Below, piece by piece: positions 29,564 to 39,708 of a DNA stretch of 64,000 nucleotides. Under the pieces are notes generated by a model that was given only the letters and a program-made list of their open reading frames with translations, did not search any database and had not been told where the DNA came from. Location of the stretch: the NCBI GenBank assembly GCA_019058295.1, contig JAHPZI010000026.1:1-64000 (forward strand), in the 5' to 3' direction. The translations under genes were made by a program, and so were the position numbers. Source of the DNA: Promethearchaeota archaeon (GTDB taxonomy: Archaea > Asgardarchaeota > Lokiarchaeia > Sigyniarchaeales > SOKP01). Position 1 is the first letter of the stretch; each line of letters begins with the position of its first letter.

Positions 29564-31129
29564 ATGTCGAGAAGAAATATAAATATAGTCATAATTTTGA
29601 TTTTAGGGATTCTTTTTTGCTCGGTTTGTTTTTCAATAAATATAAGTTATAAAAATGAAAATAGAATAAAACAAGATGAAAAATCTATAATTGAAAGGCA
29701 ACCAATAGAACAATCTTTAGACACTACTACTAATAACAAAAATGAAATAGATACAAACATAGATCCTACCAGTACGGTTTCTTATGATTTACAAACTGGA
29801 ATTGAAACAATAATTCCAAGTAAATCATATTCGAAATTGAATAAAGAATCATATTTTAATATAGCAGAACCAATTGTAAATCCATCATCCGCAGAAAAGA
29901 CTTCTCTTATTGAAAATAGTATAAAAAAATCTGAAGATGAAATTATTATAAATGATGTAATACTTCCTGATGACAGAGAAAGAGAGACTTCAACAACCAT
30001 TTACCCTTTGAGCACTATATGTAAACTATATATAACAGCTGCTGATAATGACGAATACCATGGATCAGGATTTTTAGTTGATAGTTATCATGTCTTAACA
30101 GCAGGGCATTGCGTCTTCATCCATGATCATGGTGGTTGGGTTAGATCCATAGAAGTTGTCCCAGGAAAGGATTTCAATAATGAACCTTATGGTCGTGCAT
30201 ATTATACAACTTCTAGATCTTATACTGCTTGGACAATTGATGAAAATCAAAATCACGATTGGGCCCTTATAACACTTGATCGTCTTATAGGAGCAGATAC
30301 AGGTATTATGCCATTCCGAACATTTGATATTGCAAATCCTGTATATAGTGGACCTTTAAGCGTAGCAGGATATCCGACAGATTATCCATTTATTGGATCC
30401 CTCTATGAAGGTGAATTCATGCTTAGTTCTACCGAAAGCGGTGTTTCGGTTAGCGATACCATTCATTGGTATAATATGGACACTTATGGCGGAATGAGTG
30501 GCGGTCCTGTTTGGAGAGAGGAAAGTCCAGGTAATCTTTATGCGCTCTCAATCCATGCATATGGAAATAATGATGGGACTGGTCTCAACCATGGAACCCG
30601 AATAAATGAAGAGAAATTCAATCGGCTTCATGCTTGGTTAAGGGAAGATGCAATTCCTGATATGGTAAAGTCTGATGCTGGATGTTCTTCATCTCCAGTT
30701 GGAGGTAATAGAGAATTAGAAGCTTGGTGTGAAGTCAGAAATATTGGTTCTGGTGAAACAGGTGAAATTACAGTTAAATATTACGCATCAGAAGATAAAA
30801 AAATCAAAGATTCTGATACACTTCTTGGAAAAGACACAATCTCATCAATACCTCCTCTTGATATTGTAAAATCTTCTTGGAAAGGTCATATTTATGATCT
30901 TCCGGAAGGAGAATATTATATAGGCTTCATTATAGATGAGAATGATGATATTATTGAGTTTGATGAAGACAATAATAAAGGGTTATGTAGCTCTGATCCA
31001 ATTAAAGTGAGATACGATTTTATCATTCAGTTTTTTACATCGGTTCCTGGATTTATAACAATTGGTAGTGTTGCTCTTATTTCAATAGGTACTATTTTAG
31101 TTGAGAAAAAATTAATTGTTAAAAGATAA
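29564..31129 (+). CDS. Membrane-anchored trypsin-like (glutamyl-endopeptidase-like) serine protease with CARDB-like domain
   Basis: Signal peptide, propeptide, LTAGHC, DWAL, GMSGGP, EVRNIG...DE...I.EFDEDNN, C-terminal TM. Confidence 0.92.
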   Translation: MSRRNINIVIILILGILFCSVCFSINISYKNENRIKQDEKSIIERQPIEQSLDTTTNNKNEIDTNIDPTSTVSYDLQTGIETIIPSKSYSKLNKESYFNIAEPIVNPSSAEKTSLIENSIKKSEDEIIINDVILPDDRERETSTTIYPLSTICKLYITAADNDEYHGSGFLVDSYHVLTAGHCVFIHDHGGWVRSIEVVPGKDFNNEPYGRAYYTTSRSYTAWTIDENQNHDWALITLDRLIGADTGIMPFRTFDIANPVYSGPLSVAGYPTDYPFIGSLYEGEFMLSSTESGVSVSDTIHWYNMDTYGGMSGGPVWREESPGNLYALSIHAYGNNDGTGLNHGTRINEEKFNRLHAWLREDAIPDMVKSDAGCSSSPVGGNRELEAWCEVRNIGSGETGEITVKYYASEDKKIKDSDTLLGKDTISSIPPLDIVKSSWKGHIYDLPEGEYYIGFIIDENDDIIEFDEDNNKGLCSSDPIKVRYDFIIQFFTSVPGFITIGSVALISIGTILVEKKLIVKR

Positions 31130-31547
31130 AATTGATGAGGCAATTTTTATGAAATTTAAAGTAAATATAACGAAAATTATTGGAGTAATAATCGGTCTTG
31201 TTGGAGTAATAATTGCAATAATTTTATTGATACCAGGTCTTCAGCCTATGATGGCATGGACAGATGGTTCTAATAATCAAACGATACTTTCGGGATATCT
31301 AATACTTACAATTTTAATAGCTTGGGTCGTTGCGATTGTTGGTGTTGTCTTAGGATTTTTAACAGAACGATATGGCGGTCTTTTTTTCATAGTAGCTGCT
31401 GGTATTTGCATCGGAATCTTTTCATATTGCTTCATTTCTTCATTCGATAGCCCTGATCCCTCTGTTTTTAGCCTTGTGACTATTCCTTTTGGGGGGTTTC
31501 TTTACTTGGTTGGAGGAATAATTACTATTTTAGGAGAGAAAAAATAA
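31116..31547 (+). CDS. Four-TM membrane protein (likely start ATG 31149)
   Basis: Four hydrophobic segments. Confidence 0.75.
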   Translation: MLKDKIDEAIFMKFKVNITKIIGVIIGLVGVIIAIILLIPGLQPMMAWTDGSNNQTILSGYLILTILIAWVVAIVGVVLGFLTERYGGLFFIVAAGICIGIFSYCFISSFDSPDPSVFSLVTIPFGGFLYLVGGIITILGEKK

Positions 31548-31672
31548 TAATCCTTTTTTCACTCATAATTTTTCTTTTAAAATTATTTTAAGAAGAAATA
31601 AAAAGTTGCATAACAAACAGTTTTAAAGATCAAAAGTGAATAAAATAAGAAATATAAATCAATATATAAAGT

Positions 31673-31834
31673 TTAAAAGCCAAAGATTTGTTTAATTTTA
31701 TCATAAACTCCTTTTATTTGTCTAAGTTTAGTCTCATCACCCAAGTTTAAAAAATGCTCAATCCATTGGGCTAAACCACCTTGTTTAATCCAATCTATAA
31801 AGTATTGTACAGCTTGTTTATCTGCGTCCGACAT
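31673..31834 (-). CDS. Unannotated 53-aa small protein MSDADKQAVQYFIDWIKQGGLAQWIEHFLNLGDETKLRQIKGVYDKIKQIFGF
   Basis: ATG...TAA read manually; higher GC than flanks, protein-like amphipathic composition. Confidence 0.7.
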   Translation of the reverse strand: MSDADKQAVQYFIDWIKQGGLAQWIEHFLNLGDETKLRQIKGVYDKIKQIFGF

Positions 31835-31974
31835 AGTTACTCAAAGATAATTTTAATTTTCTTATATTATTTATTAATTTAAAGTTCTTATTATAAAAAA
31901 AATATAACATATTATACTTATAATTTTTTATAAAAAAGAAAATGATTTTTTTTAAATAATGGAGAAAATAAAAT

Positions 31975-32934
31975 ATGCCAGATGTAAGAATTAAGACTCC
32001 AAACCTCGATGATATTTTCGAGAGATGGAAAAATAAAGCAGGAAGGACGCAACGTAAACAAATGGAGAAACAATTTGGCACAAAAGGCTCTGTGTTCACA
32101 TTAGATGCGATATCTGCTGCTGAATATGTAACCCCGCCTGCCCTTAAAGGAGCAGCTATTTATTTTTCAATAAAAAAAACTGTTGCGGCTTCTTCGGTTA
32201 AAGAAGAAAACATAGTCCTCGCACCAAGATTAGGTCGTGAAACTTTTTATTCTTTCAAAGGAAGCAGGGATATTGATAAGGACAATTGGAAAGGTAATGA
32301 TGAAGTGCCAATGTTTGAGTCAATACAACCAGTTCCATGTAAAACTTGCCGAGGCAATGGATATATTGAAAATAAATGTAAGGCGTGTAAGGGTACAGGA
32401 AAAATTGTAGAAAATTGGGTAGTTCTCGTAGGAGAAGAACAGAAAAAAGAAAAAAAAACATTTGAATATCCATGTGGAAATTGTTATGGCACGGGCAAAT
32501 TACCAACTCCGTGTAAAGAATGTGGAGGCCATAAAAATCTCTATAAGTATGAAATTCTCCCAGTTCCTTTCAAAACGGTTGCAATGGGTATACCTATACT
32601 TCACAGCAGTTTACAAACTAAATATGAAAAAGAAATGGGAAAAGATCTACAGGAACTCATTGAAAAAGTAGAAGGTATAAAGTTTAGCGATTTCAAAGAG
32701 CTTAACGCCAAAGCAGAAGGATCCTTAGGTTATTGGGATAAAAATGTTAAGAAAACAATTAGTGCAGCAGGAAGTGATTACAAAACCCACGATAAAGATA
32801 AAGACACAAAAATCCAATCTCAAATATATCTCTATCCTATGGTTAAGCTCAATTGTAAATCGAAGCGGGGAAAATCATTCGAAATCTTCAGTATAGGGTC
32901 TGATCAAAACTTTATGATATATTCCAATTTTTAA
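31975..32934 (+). CDS. Protein with DnaJ-type Cys-rich zinc finger but no J domain
   Basis: CKTCRGNG, CKACKGTG, CGNCYGTG, CKECGG; no HPD motif. Confidence 0.85.
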   Translation: MPDVRIKTPNLDDIFERWKNKAGRTQRKQMEKQFGTKGSVFTLDAISAAEYVTPPALKGAAIYFSIKKTVAASSVKEENIVLAPRLGRETFYSFKGSRDIDKDNWKGNDEVPMFESIQPVPCKTCRGNGYIENKCKACKGTGKIVENWVVLVGEEQKKEKKTFEYPCGNCYGTGKLPTPCKECGGHKNLYKYEILPVPFKTVAMGIPILHSSLQTKYEKEMGKDLQELIEKVEGIKFSDFKELNAKAEGSLGYWDKNVKKTISAAGSDYKTHDKDKDTKIQSQIYLYPMVKLNCKSKRGKSFEIFSIGSDQNFMIYSNF

Positions 32935-33041
32935 TTTTTAGTTAAAATTTTTTTTTATTTTTTATATATTATTGATAAGCATTTACTAAATCTAGCTTTA
33001 AACTTAGGTTTCATCTTTTTAAAAAATAATTTTCTGATATA

Positions 33042-33707
33042 ATGGAGTTAATAGCTGTATCTTGGAGTGGAGGTAAAGATAGCACATTAGCGCTTTATTA
33101 TTCACTGTTGGAAAAAAAATATGAAGTTAATTCATTACTGACAACATTCTCTGCGGAATATAATAGAACAAGTATGCATGGTATAAGGATTGATTTATTA
33201 GAAAAACAAATCCAATCTATTGGGATACCTGTTAATTTAATTTCTCTTCCTAAGGATGTTAGTAATGATAAATATGAGGAAATTATGAGAAAAGAAATGA
33301 TTACTCTTAAATCTCACCAAGTTTTAAGTGTTGTGTTTGGAGATATATTTTTAGAAGATCTACGTGAACAAAGAGAATCCAATCTTTCTAAAATTGGAAT
33401 GAAAGCGTTATTTCCGCTTTGGCGTAAAAATTCAAGAGAATTGGCTAGAGAATTTATAGATTTAGGATTTAAAGCAATTATAGCTTGTGTAGATTCAACT
33501 TATCTTAATGATTCTTATGTTGGACAAATATATAATGATAATTTCTTATCATCACTACCTTCAAATGTGGATCCTTGTGGAGAGAACGGAGAATTCCACA
33601 CATTCGTATTTGATGGACCGATTTTCTCTTATCCAATAAAATTTAAGAAAGGAAAAATTGTTTTGCGAGAAGAACGCTTTTACTATATTGATTTGATTCC
33701 ACAATAG
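33042..33707 (+). CDS. Diphthine-ammonia ligase (Dph6)-like PP-loop ATP pyrophosphatase
   Basis: SWSGGKDS, FGDIFL, FPLW, DPCGENGEFHTFV.DGPIF. Confidence 0.9.
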   Translation: MELIAVSWSGGKDSTLALYYSLLEKKYEVNSLLTTFSAEYNRTSMHGIRIDLLEKQIQSIGIPVNLISLPKDVSNDKYEEIMRKEMITLKSHQVLSVVFGDIFLEDLREQRESNLSKIGMKALFPLWRKNSRELAREFIDLGFKAIIACVDSTYLNDSYVGQIYNDNFLSSLPSNVDPCGENGEFHTFVFDGPIFSYPIKFKKGKIVLREERFYYIDLIPQ

Positions 33708-33771
33708 ATTAGTTTCATTATTAAAATATTTATATGATCGTAATCCTTAATTCTTATAATTAAAAATTGAG

Positions 33772-34500
33772 TTGAAAATAATGTTAATTGATCCAAAAGT
33801 AACTAAATTGTCAATCTTTAATGGTGGCGGTGGTATTGTAGAGAGAGAAATTAAGCTTACCTTAAGCCAAGGAGCGAATGAATTTGAAATTGCGAATGTG
33901 CCCGCGAGTTTTAATCCTAATTCTGCTGACATAAAATTAGAATATGTTTCTCCCGGTGATAAAGATCTTATAACATTACAGCAAACAATCGTTTCTTTAC
34001 CAGATGTAAATACATCCCAACAAATAATTGACCGTGAAAAATCAGCAGCGACTAATATTATAACTTATAGTATCGATTTTACACGTGAATTACGAGAAAA
34101 AGTATCTGAAATTTGTGAAGCAAGTTCATATAGGACATATGCAGATATGAAGGGCACCTTTAATTTTATTATAAATTCAAAGATAAACGGCGAGGTTATT
34201 GTAAAAATTCTATATTTTATCGCAGATCTTCGAATTAAATGGGAAACCACACTTCAAGTAAATATTAATGATGATGGGAACTCTGCTGAAATAGAAGCAT
34301 ATCTTGTTGTAGATAATCAAACAGGATTTTCTTATGAAGATGTAGAATTAGGATTTGCGATCTTTGAGCTTCCTAGGACTACTTTTGAAACAACTGGAGC
34401 AGATTTTGATTTTGCTGCTAACATGCCCGTGGAACAACAAGCTTTTTCGGAGTTAAGTAAGCAAAAGAGAACACAAAGAATGAGAAATTTAATGTTATGA
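33772..34500 (+). CDS. DUF4140/DUF4139-like protein, N-terminal half
   Basis: IFNGG..IVERE..L..G.NE....VP; W...L...A.LVVDNQTG.SYEDVEL. Confidence 0.6.
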   Translation: MKIMLIDPKVTKLSIFNGGGGIVEREIKLTLSQGANEFEIANVPASFNPNSADIKLEYVSPGDKDLITLQQTIVSLPDVNTSQQIIDREKSAATNIITYSIDFTRELREKVSEICEASSYRTYADMKGTFNFIINSKINGEVIVKILYFIADLRIKWETTLQVNINDDGNSAEIEAYLVVDNQTGFSYEDVELGFAIFELPRTTFETTGADFDFAANMPVEQQAFSELSKQKRTQRMRNLML

Positions 34501-34511
34501 GGTGATAAAAA

Positions 34512-35198
34512 GTGAAAGCAAATATACCTACTCGGAATAAAATTAAATTAAATTGGTTTAAATCGAAAGCAAATCTTGATATTGAACGAAATATAAATAT
34601 ACAATACGATGCAAGTAGTGTTACATATAATAAACACAATTGGGAGGTCTCTGTAAAATATGTCCTTGTTAAGCAAGGAGATCCTAAAGAAATCCCTGTA
34701 AATTCCCCTATGACTCTGTATAAAGGTGGACTTCCATTTTTATTTCTCTCTACAGCAGGGATTATTGGGAATAAGATTATTTCTGAAGAACTTATAGATG
34801 ATGATATAAAAATTGATGATGATATTGTACAGATAATAGAGGGCGAAGAAAAGGTAACTTATGAAGATGCGAGTGACCCAAAACAACATATTGAAGTAAG
34901 AACTCGATTTGATAAGATTTCTCGAAGAATTACTATTGAAAACAAATTAGATAATGAAATTGACTTAGTCTTTGACTTCAAACAAACGAAAGACATCACC
35001 TTTGTTAAGGCAACTCCAGAACCCTCTACAATAGAAGAGCCCGATTATAAATTTGAGATTAAAATTCCATCTGAAGAAAAATCAAGAATAACCTTGGAAC
35101 TTCAAGCTAAAATCGTAAAGCGAGTGACAAAAATTAAACCTGAATTTATAAGAATCCCAAAAGTCAAACCTGAATTAATAAAAAAAGAAGGACAATAA
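34512..35198 (+). CDS. Beta-rich protein, probable DUF4139 C-terminal half
   Basis: GAGGTG SD 7 nt before GTG; RRITIENK...FEIKIP..EK..I.L pattern. Confidence 0.5.
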   Translation: MKANIPTRNKIKLNWFKSKANLDIERNINIQYDASSVTYNKHNWEVSVKYVLVKQGDPKEIPVNSPMTLYKGGLPFLFLSTAGIIGNKIISEELIDDDIKIDDDIVQIIEGEEKVTYEDASDPKQHIEVRTRFDKISRRITIENKLDNEIDLVFDFKQTKDITFVKATPEPSTIEEPDYKFEIKIPSEEKSRITLELQAKIVKRVTKIKPEFIRIPKVKPELIKKEGQ

Positions 35199-35226
35199 CT
35201 AAGAAAACAAATAAAGATTTGATAAA

Positions 35227-36246
35227 ATGGGCAAACAAAACGAAATCATTGAACCATCAAATTTATTTGAAAAAGATGGAACACTTGTACAGAGGGGGTG
35301 GGGGAGAAAACCGCTTTTAACCTACAACAAAGAAGATATTAGAGCAAAAAAGTATCGAATTAAAGAATGGGACCATTATTCGATTTTAAATAAAGAATTT
35401 GGATTACAAGTAACTATTGCTAGTATTGGTTACTTAAGATTGATGGGATTTACTTGGCTCGATTTTATAGATCAGGTTAGATTTGGCAAAGATATGATTC
35501 AACCTTTCAAACATATAGATTTACCTAGAAGCTCGTTAGAAGAAAGTGATATCATTTTTCCTAGTAAAAAACTGAATGCCAGCATTTCTACTCGTAAGGG
35601 TAAAAGAATAATTACGATAGATCATCCAAAATTTGATAATAGAGGATTAAAAGGAGAAATTATCCTTTATGATGATCCTAAGTTTGATAACACTGTCGTT
35701 GTTACCGGGTATGACGATCCTAAAAGGTTTTATTATAATCATAAGGTTAACTATATGCCAGCAGAAGGTACAATGCAATTGGGCAATAAATCTTATACTT
35801 TCGACCCAGAAACTTCGTTTGGGCTTTTAGATTGGGGCCGAGGTGTATGGCCATACCGAACTCATTGGTTATGGGGTTCTGCTTGTGGTAAAGTAGATGG
35901 TGTACCAGTGGCCTTTAATATTGGTTATGGCTTTGGCGACCTTTCAACCCATACAGAAAATATCATATTTTACGATGGAAAAGCCCACAAAATTGATGAG
36001 GTTACGTTCCATCACGAGAATCGAGATCCAAAAAAACCTTGGCAATTTACTAGCAATGATGATAGATTCAACATGGTCTTGAATCCACTTATTCCACAAG
36101 AAGCAAAGTTAAATCTTGGAATCATTAAGTTAGATACTTCAATTCTTCATGGGCTCTATTCCGGGGATATCGTTCTAGATAATGGTGAGAAAATTCACAT
36201 TGATGAGATGTTGGGACACGCTGAGGACATCTACTGGAAATGGTAA
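35227..36246 (+). CDS. DUF2804 family protein
   Basis: RIKEWDHY, FYYNHK, LDWGRGVW...T.W.W, GFGD....TEN, GHAE. Confidence 0.82.
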   Translation: MGKQNEIIEPSNLFEKDGTLVQRGWGRKPLLTYNKEDIRAKKYRIKEWDHYSILNKEFGLQVTIASIGYLRLMGFTWLDFIDQVRFGKDMIQPFKHIDLPRSSLEESDIIFPSKKLNASISTRKGKRIITIDHPKFDNRGLKGEIILYDDPKFDNTVVVTGYDDPKRFYYNHKVNYMPAEGTMQLGNKSYTFDPETSFGLLDWGRGVWPYRTHWLWGSACGKVDGVPVAFNIGYGFGDLSTHTENIIFYDGKAHKIDEVTFHHENRDPKKPWQFTSNDDRFNMVLNPLIPQEAKLNLGIIKLDTSILHGLYSGDIVLDNGEKIHIDEMLGHAEDIYWKW

Positions 36247-36289
36247 AAGAAAAAATATTATCAACTATTAGCGTTAGAAATAGAAGAAA

Positions 36290-36910
36290 TTAACTCTCTA
36301 TAATAAATATCTTTTCAAATGCTTCAGGGAGTGCATCAATAATTCTTCTCCTTGCCGTTAGCGCAAAAAGAATTGCAAAAACTGCCCCAAATATAAATTG
36401 AAATATATTACCAGGTATTTCAACGATGGCAACTGCTGGACCATATAAAATGCTTTCATAAATAAAATATCCGGATACAATAATGATCCCTCCGAAAATT
36501 ACAGCTATTATATCTCTATAGGTTAATTTTTTATAATTTTTTCTTGGATTTGCAATTAATCCAATGACTAATCCCTCTAATCCTTTAATTATCAACGTTG
36601 CAGGAGCGTATATGACATAACCTGATAATAAATCTGCTAACATAGAACCAACACCTCCTGCAATTCCTCCAATAACAGGCCCCAATAATAATCCTGCGAT
36701 CATTACACCTAAATCCCCTATGTTAATGTATCCTCCTGTAGCAGGAATAGGAATCTGAATAACCATTGTTAAAACACATATCACGGCAGCAAAAACAGCA
36801 ATCATGGCAATTACAACAGAATTTGATGGTAAATAGTATCCCATAAAAGTTTTTTCTTTTAAAGAAATGTATCTTTTTTCTTTTTCTTCTGTTTCGCTTT
36901 CATTATTCAT
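36290..36910 (-). CDS. ECF transporter S component
   Basis: IPIPATGGYINIGD, GGVGSMLADL..GY, APATLIIKG.EG. Confidence 0.92.
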   Translation of the reverse strand: MNNESETEEKEKRYISLKEKTFMGYYLPSNSVVIAMIAVFAAVICVLTMVIQIPIPATGGYINIGDLGVMIAGLLLGPVIGGIAGGVGSMLADLLSGYVIYAPATLIIKGLEGLVIGLIANPRKNYKKLTYRDIIAVIFGGIIIVSGYFIYESILYGPAVAIVEIPGNIFQFIFGAVFAILFALTARRRIIDALPEAFEKIFIIES

Positions 36911-37092
36911 TTTTTAGCCCTTTTTAATATATAAAAATTTTTTATTTTACATTGAGGTTAATAAATTTCCGGATTATCGATATATTTAAAATCTTTATTA
37001 CTTATTAATCTTTATTTGCATTATAAACCTATATATTTGAGTGATTTCTATTCATTAATATAATAAATAAACTATGGTCGAAGTGGTAAAAA

Positions 37093-37848
37093 ATTCTTGT
37101 ATGGGTAATATTATTTAGTATATTGGGGAGCATTGGAGCGATCTCCGCCGCTGCGGCTTTTGTGTTTTTAGCTGATAAAGCTCAAAAATACCTTGTTACT
37201 ATTTTAATTGCGTATGCTACAGGAACTCTACTAACTGCTGCTTTATATGGGCTGATACCAGAAGCTATAGAAGGTGCAGGTGGTGAACCACATATGATAA
37301 TGTTGCTTGTTTTAGGAAGTATTCTTTTTTTCTTTTTTTTGGAGAAAATAATCATTTGGCGTAATTGTTCAGATACCACATGCGATGTCCACGCAGCAGC
37401 GGGACCTATTGTACTTGTTGGAGATGCGTTTCATAATTTAACCGATGGAGTAGTAATTGCAGCTGCATTCTTAACAGATTTTACGATTGGCATTGCTGTG
37501 GGTTTTGCTATAATAGCACACGAAATTCCTCAAGAAACAGGTGATTTCGGAATTCTTCTTAATGGGGGTTATTCAAAGAAAAAGTCCTATTTATATAATG
37601 CGATATCTAGTACAACCACAATACCAGCAGCAATTATAAGTTATTATATTTTAGGGTCAGTAACACTTATAATACCTTATATCTTGGCGATTTCAGCAGC
37701 AAGCTTTCTTTATATAGCTTTATCAGATTTAACACCAGAACTCCATCAAAAACTAGGTTTAAAACACAGTGTACGACAATTGATTTTTATTTTAGCAGGA
37801 ATTATTACAATGTTGGTCATTTTTACATTTGCAATACATAATCATTAA
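37093..37848 (+). CDS. ZIP family metal (Zn) transporter; reading frame extends upstream to ATT 37093
   Basis: GDAFHNLTDG, AHEIPQE.GDF, FLYIALSDL.PELH; in-frame ILVWVILFSI completes TM1. Confidence 0.93.
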   Translation: MLVWVILFSILGSIGAISAAAAFVFLADKAQKYLVTILIAYATGTLLTAALYGLIPEAIEGAGGEPHMIMLLVLGSILFFFFLEKIIIWRNCSDTTCDVHAAAGPIVLVGDAFHNLTDGVVIAAAFLTDFTIGIAVGFAIIAHEIPQETGDFGILLNGGYSKKKSYLYNAISSTTTIPAAIISYYILGSVTLIIPYILAISAASFLYIALSDLTPELHQKLGLKHSVRQLIFILAGIITMLVIFTFAIHNH

Positions 37849-37999
37849 TACATTAAATAATAACTTTAGAATAATAAAAGATAAAGAGTCAAAAGATCTT
37901 AATCGAAATGAAGATTAATCCATCATCAATAAACTTATTAATCCTATGTAATTATACAAATATTAGATAAAGACATCTATGAATTAAAAAGTATCAATT

Positions 38000-38113
38000 A
38001 TGAAAGAAAGAACTTCAAATATATGGTTGGGTATTTGTGGAGCCTTAGTCGTACTAATTATTCTAATAACTAATATTATAATCATATATCAACTCATAAG
38101 GAAATATTCCTAA
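38000..38113 (+). CDS. Unannotated 37-aa single-TM small protein MKERTSNIWLGICGALVVLIILITNIIIIYQLIRKYS
   Basis: ATG...TAA read manually; one long hydrophobic helix flanked by basic residues. Confidence 0.45.
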   Translation: MKERTSNIWLGICGALVVLIILITNIIIIYQLIRKYS

Positions 38114-38168
38114 GAAGAAATCCTATATTATAAATAAATATGAAATTAGTTTCAAAAAAAAACTGCTA

Positions 38169-38645
38169 TTATTTCAAAATTTCATTAGATGCATAAGCTT
38201 TTACAACTTTTCCAAAGAATGCGTAATGACTAGATTTAAATGGTATTTGAGAGTCACCAAGTAATTCACACTCATAACTTAAAAGGCTATCTTTAATTGT
38301 AGGAACTCCCTTAATTCCTTTTATCATTTCAGCTCCTGTTTGTTTGAACTTATCAGTATTCCGACCAGAAGCAGAGCCTGCTACATTAGTAAATTTAGAC
38401 GTTTTATCTGAAACTATATTCACTGTGAATGCTTTAGTTCCTTCTTTAAGACATTCAAAAGTATATCTCGTCGTAGCAACCGCAACTGCTATTATTGGTT
38501 CATATCCAACGTTTCCTAACATTTTCCAATCAAGTGTCATCATATTCGGTTTCCCATTCTTATCTACTGTTACCAAGAGAGCAGTAGTATCATTAAATTG
38601 TTCTGAATACTCATATGGTCCAATTTCTTTTCTATTTTCTGACAT
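38169..38645 (-). CDS. Flavin reductase-like FMN-binding protein
   Basis: GKPNMMT..W, RYT, FTVNI, GSASGRNTDKF, YECE, H..FFGKV. Confidence 0.9.
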   Translation of the reverse strand: MSENRKEIGPYEYSEQFNDTTALLVTVDKNGKPNMMTLDWKMLGNVGYEPIIAVAVATTRYTFECLKEGTKAFTVNIVSDKTSKFTNVAGSASGRNTDKFKQTGAEMIKGIKGVPTIKDSLLSYECELLGDSQIPFKSSHYAFFGKVVKAYASNEILK

Positions 38646-38737
38646 AATTTATCTTATTAGTTAATTTAAATTAATTATATTATTAATTGAAACAAATATC
38701 ATTTAAAATTTATTAAAATAAATAATGACGATTTATT

Positions 38738-39697
38738 ATGAGTCCTGATATAATATGCTTGGGTGAGCTCCTAGTCGAGATTATGCGAACAGAAGTCGAT
38801 ATTCCTCATAAAAAGATTGGTGAAACATATAAAGGCCCTTTTCCAAGTGGTGCTCCAGCTAATTTTATAGATTCTGCGGCTCGTATGGGAAAGTCGTTAA
38901 ATATCTCAACAGGCTTTATTGGAGTAATTGGAAATGACGAATTTGGGGATGTAATTATTAATAAATTGAAAAGTGATGGTGTAGATGTCTCTCAAATTAG
39001 AATTGCTAAAGAAAAAACAACGGGTATAGCGTTTAATCAATATAATTCTGATGGCTCAAGAAAATTTATTTTTGCTGCTGGGGCTGCTGGTGAAACTAAT
39101 CCTACAGATGTTAAAGGAGAATATTTTAAGGATGTTAAAAGTCTTCAAATAATGGGCAGTGGATTATCAATCAGTGAAAATTCACGAGAAGCATGTTATA
39201 AGGCAATAAAGATAGCGAAAAACCAAAATTCTAATGTAATTATCTCATTTGATCCTAATTTACGACCCGAAATGCTAGATTTGAATACAATTATTAAAAT
39301 TTGTAACCCTGTTTTAGAATCAACTACTATTTTACTCCCAAGTGGAGAAGAAGCTGAAATGTTAGCAGGAGTTAGAGGAGAAAAAGAAGCGTGTCAAAAA
39401 TTATTAGATAAAGGACCTAAAATTATCGTGTTGAAACAGGGTAAAAATGGATGTACAATTTTTACTAACGATAATAAAGATGGTATTATAGTACCGGGAT
39501 TTAAGGCAAACGAAATAGATCCAACGGGTGCAGGAGATTCATTTGGGGGTGCATTTATCGTGGGATATTTAGCAGGATGGGATTTAAAAAAAGCAGCAAA
39601 ATTTGCTAATATTGTAGGAGCTTTAAAAGTAGAATTTTTTGGTCCTATGCCTGAAACTACTTATGAAGAGGTTATTAGTTTATTAGAAAAACCTTAA
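38738..39697 (+). CDS. PfkB family sugar kinase
   Basis: GELLVE, SGAPAN, G.DEFG, FDPNLR, DPTGAGDSF. Confidence 0.95.
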   Translation: MSPDIICLGELLVEIMRTEVDIPHKKIGETYKGPFPSGAPANFIDSAARMGKSLNISTGFIGVIGNDEFGDVIINKLKSDGVDVSQIRIAKEKTTGIAFNQYNSDGSRKFIFAAGAAGETNPTDVKGEYFKDVKSLQIMGSGLSISENSREACYKAIKIAKNQNSNVIISFDPNLRPEMLDLNTIIKICNPVLESTTILLPSGEEAEMLAGVRGEKEACQKLLDKGPKIIVLKQGKNGCTIFTNDNKDGIIVPGFKANEIDPTGAGDSFGGAFIVGYLAGWDLKKAAKFANIVGALKVEFFGPMPETTYEEVISLLEKP

Positions 39698-39708
39698 TAT
39701 AAGACTTT

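Noticed and set aside
31975-32934. DnaJ chaperone call
   Set aside because: No J domain/HPD motif or G/F region; only the zinc-finger repeats match.
34498-34515. Selenocysteine/TGA readthrough joining the two DUF4139-like ORFs
   Set aside because: The downstream ORF is in another frame, a second TGA follows within five codons, and it has its own SD.
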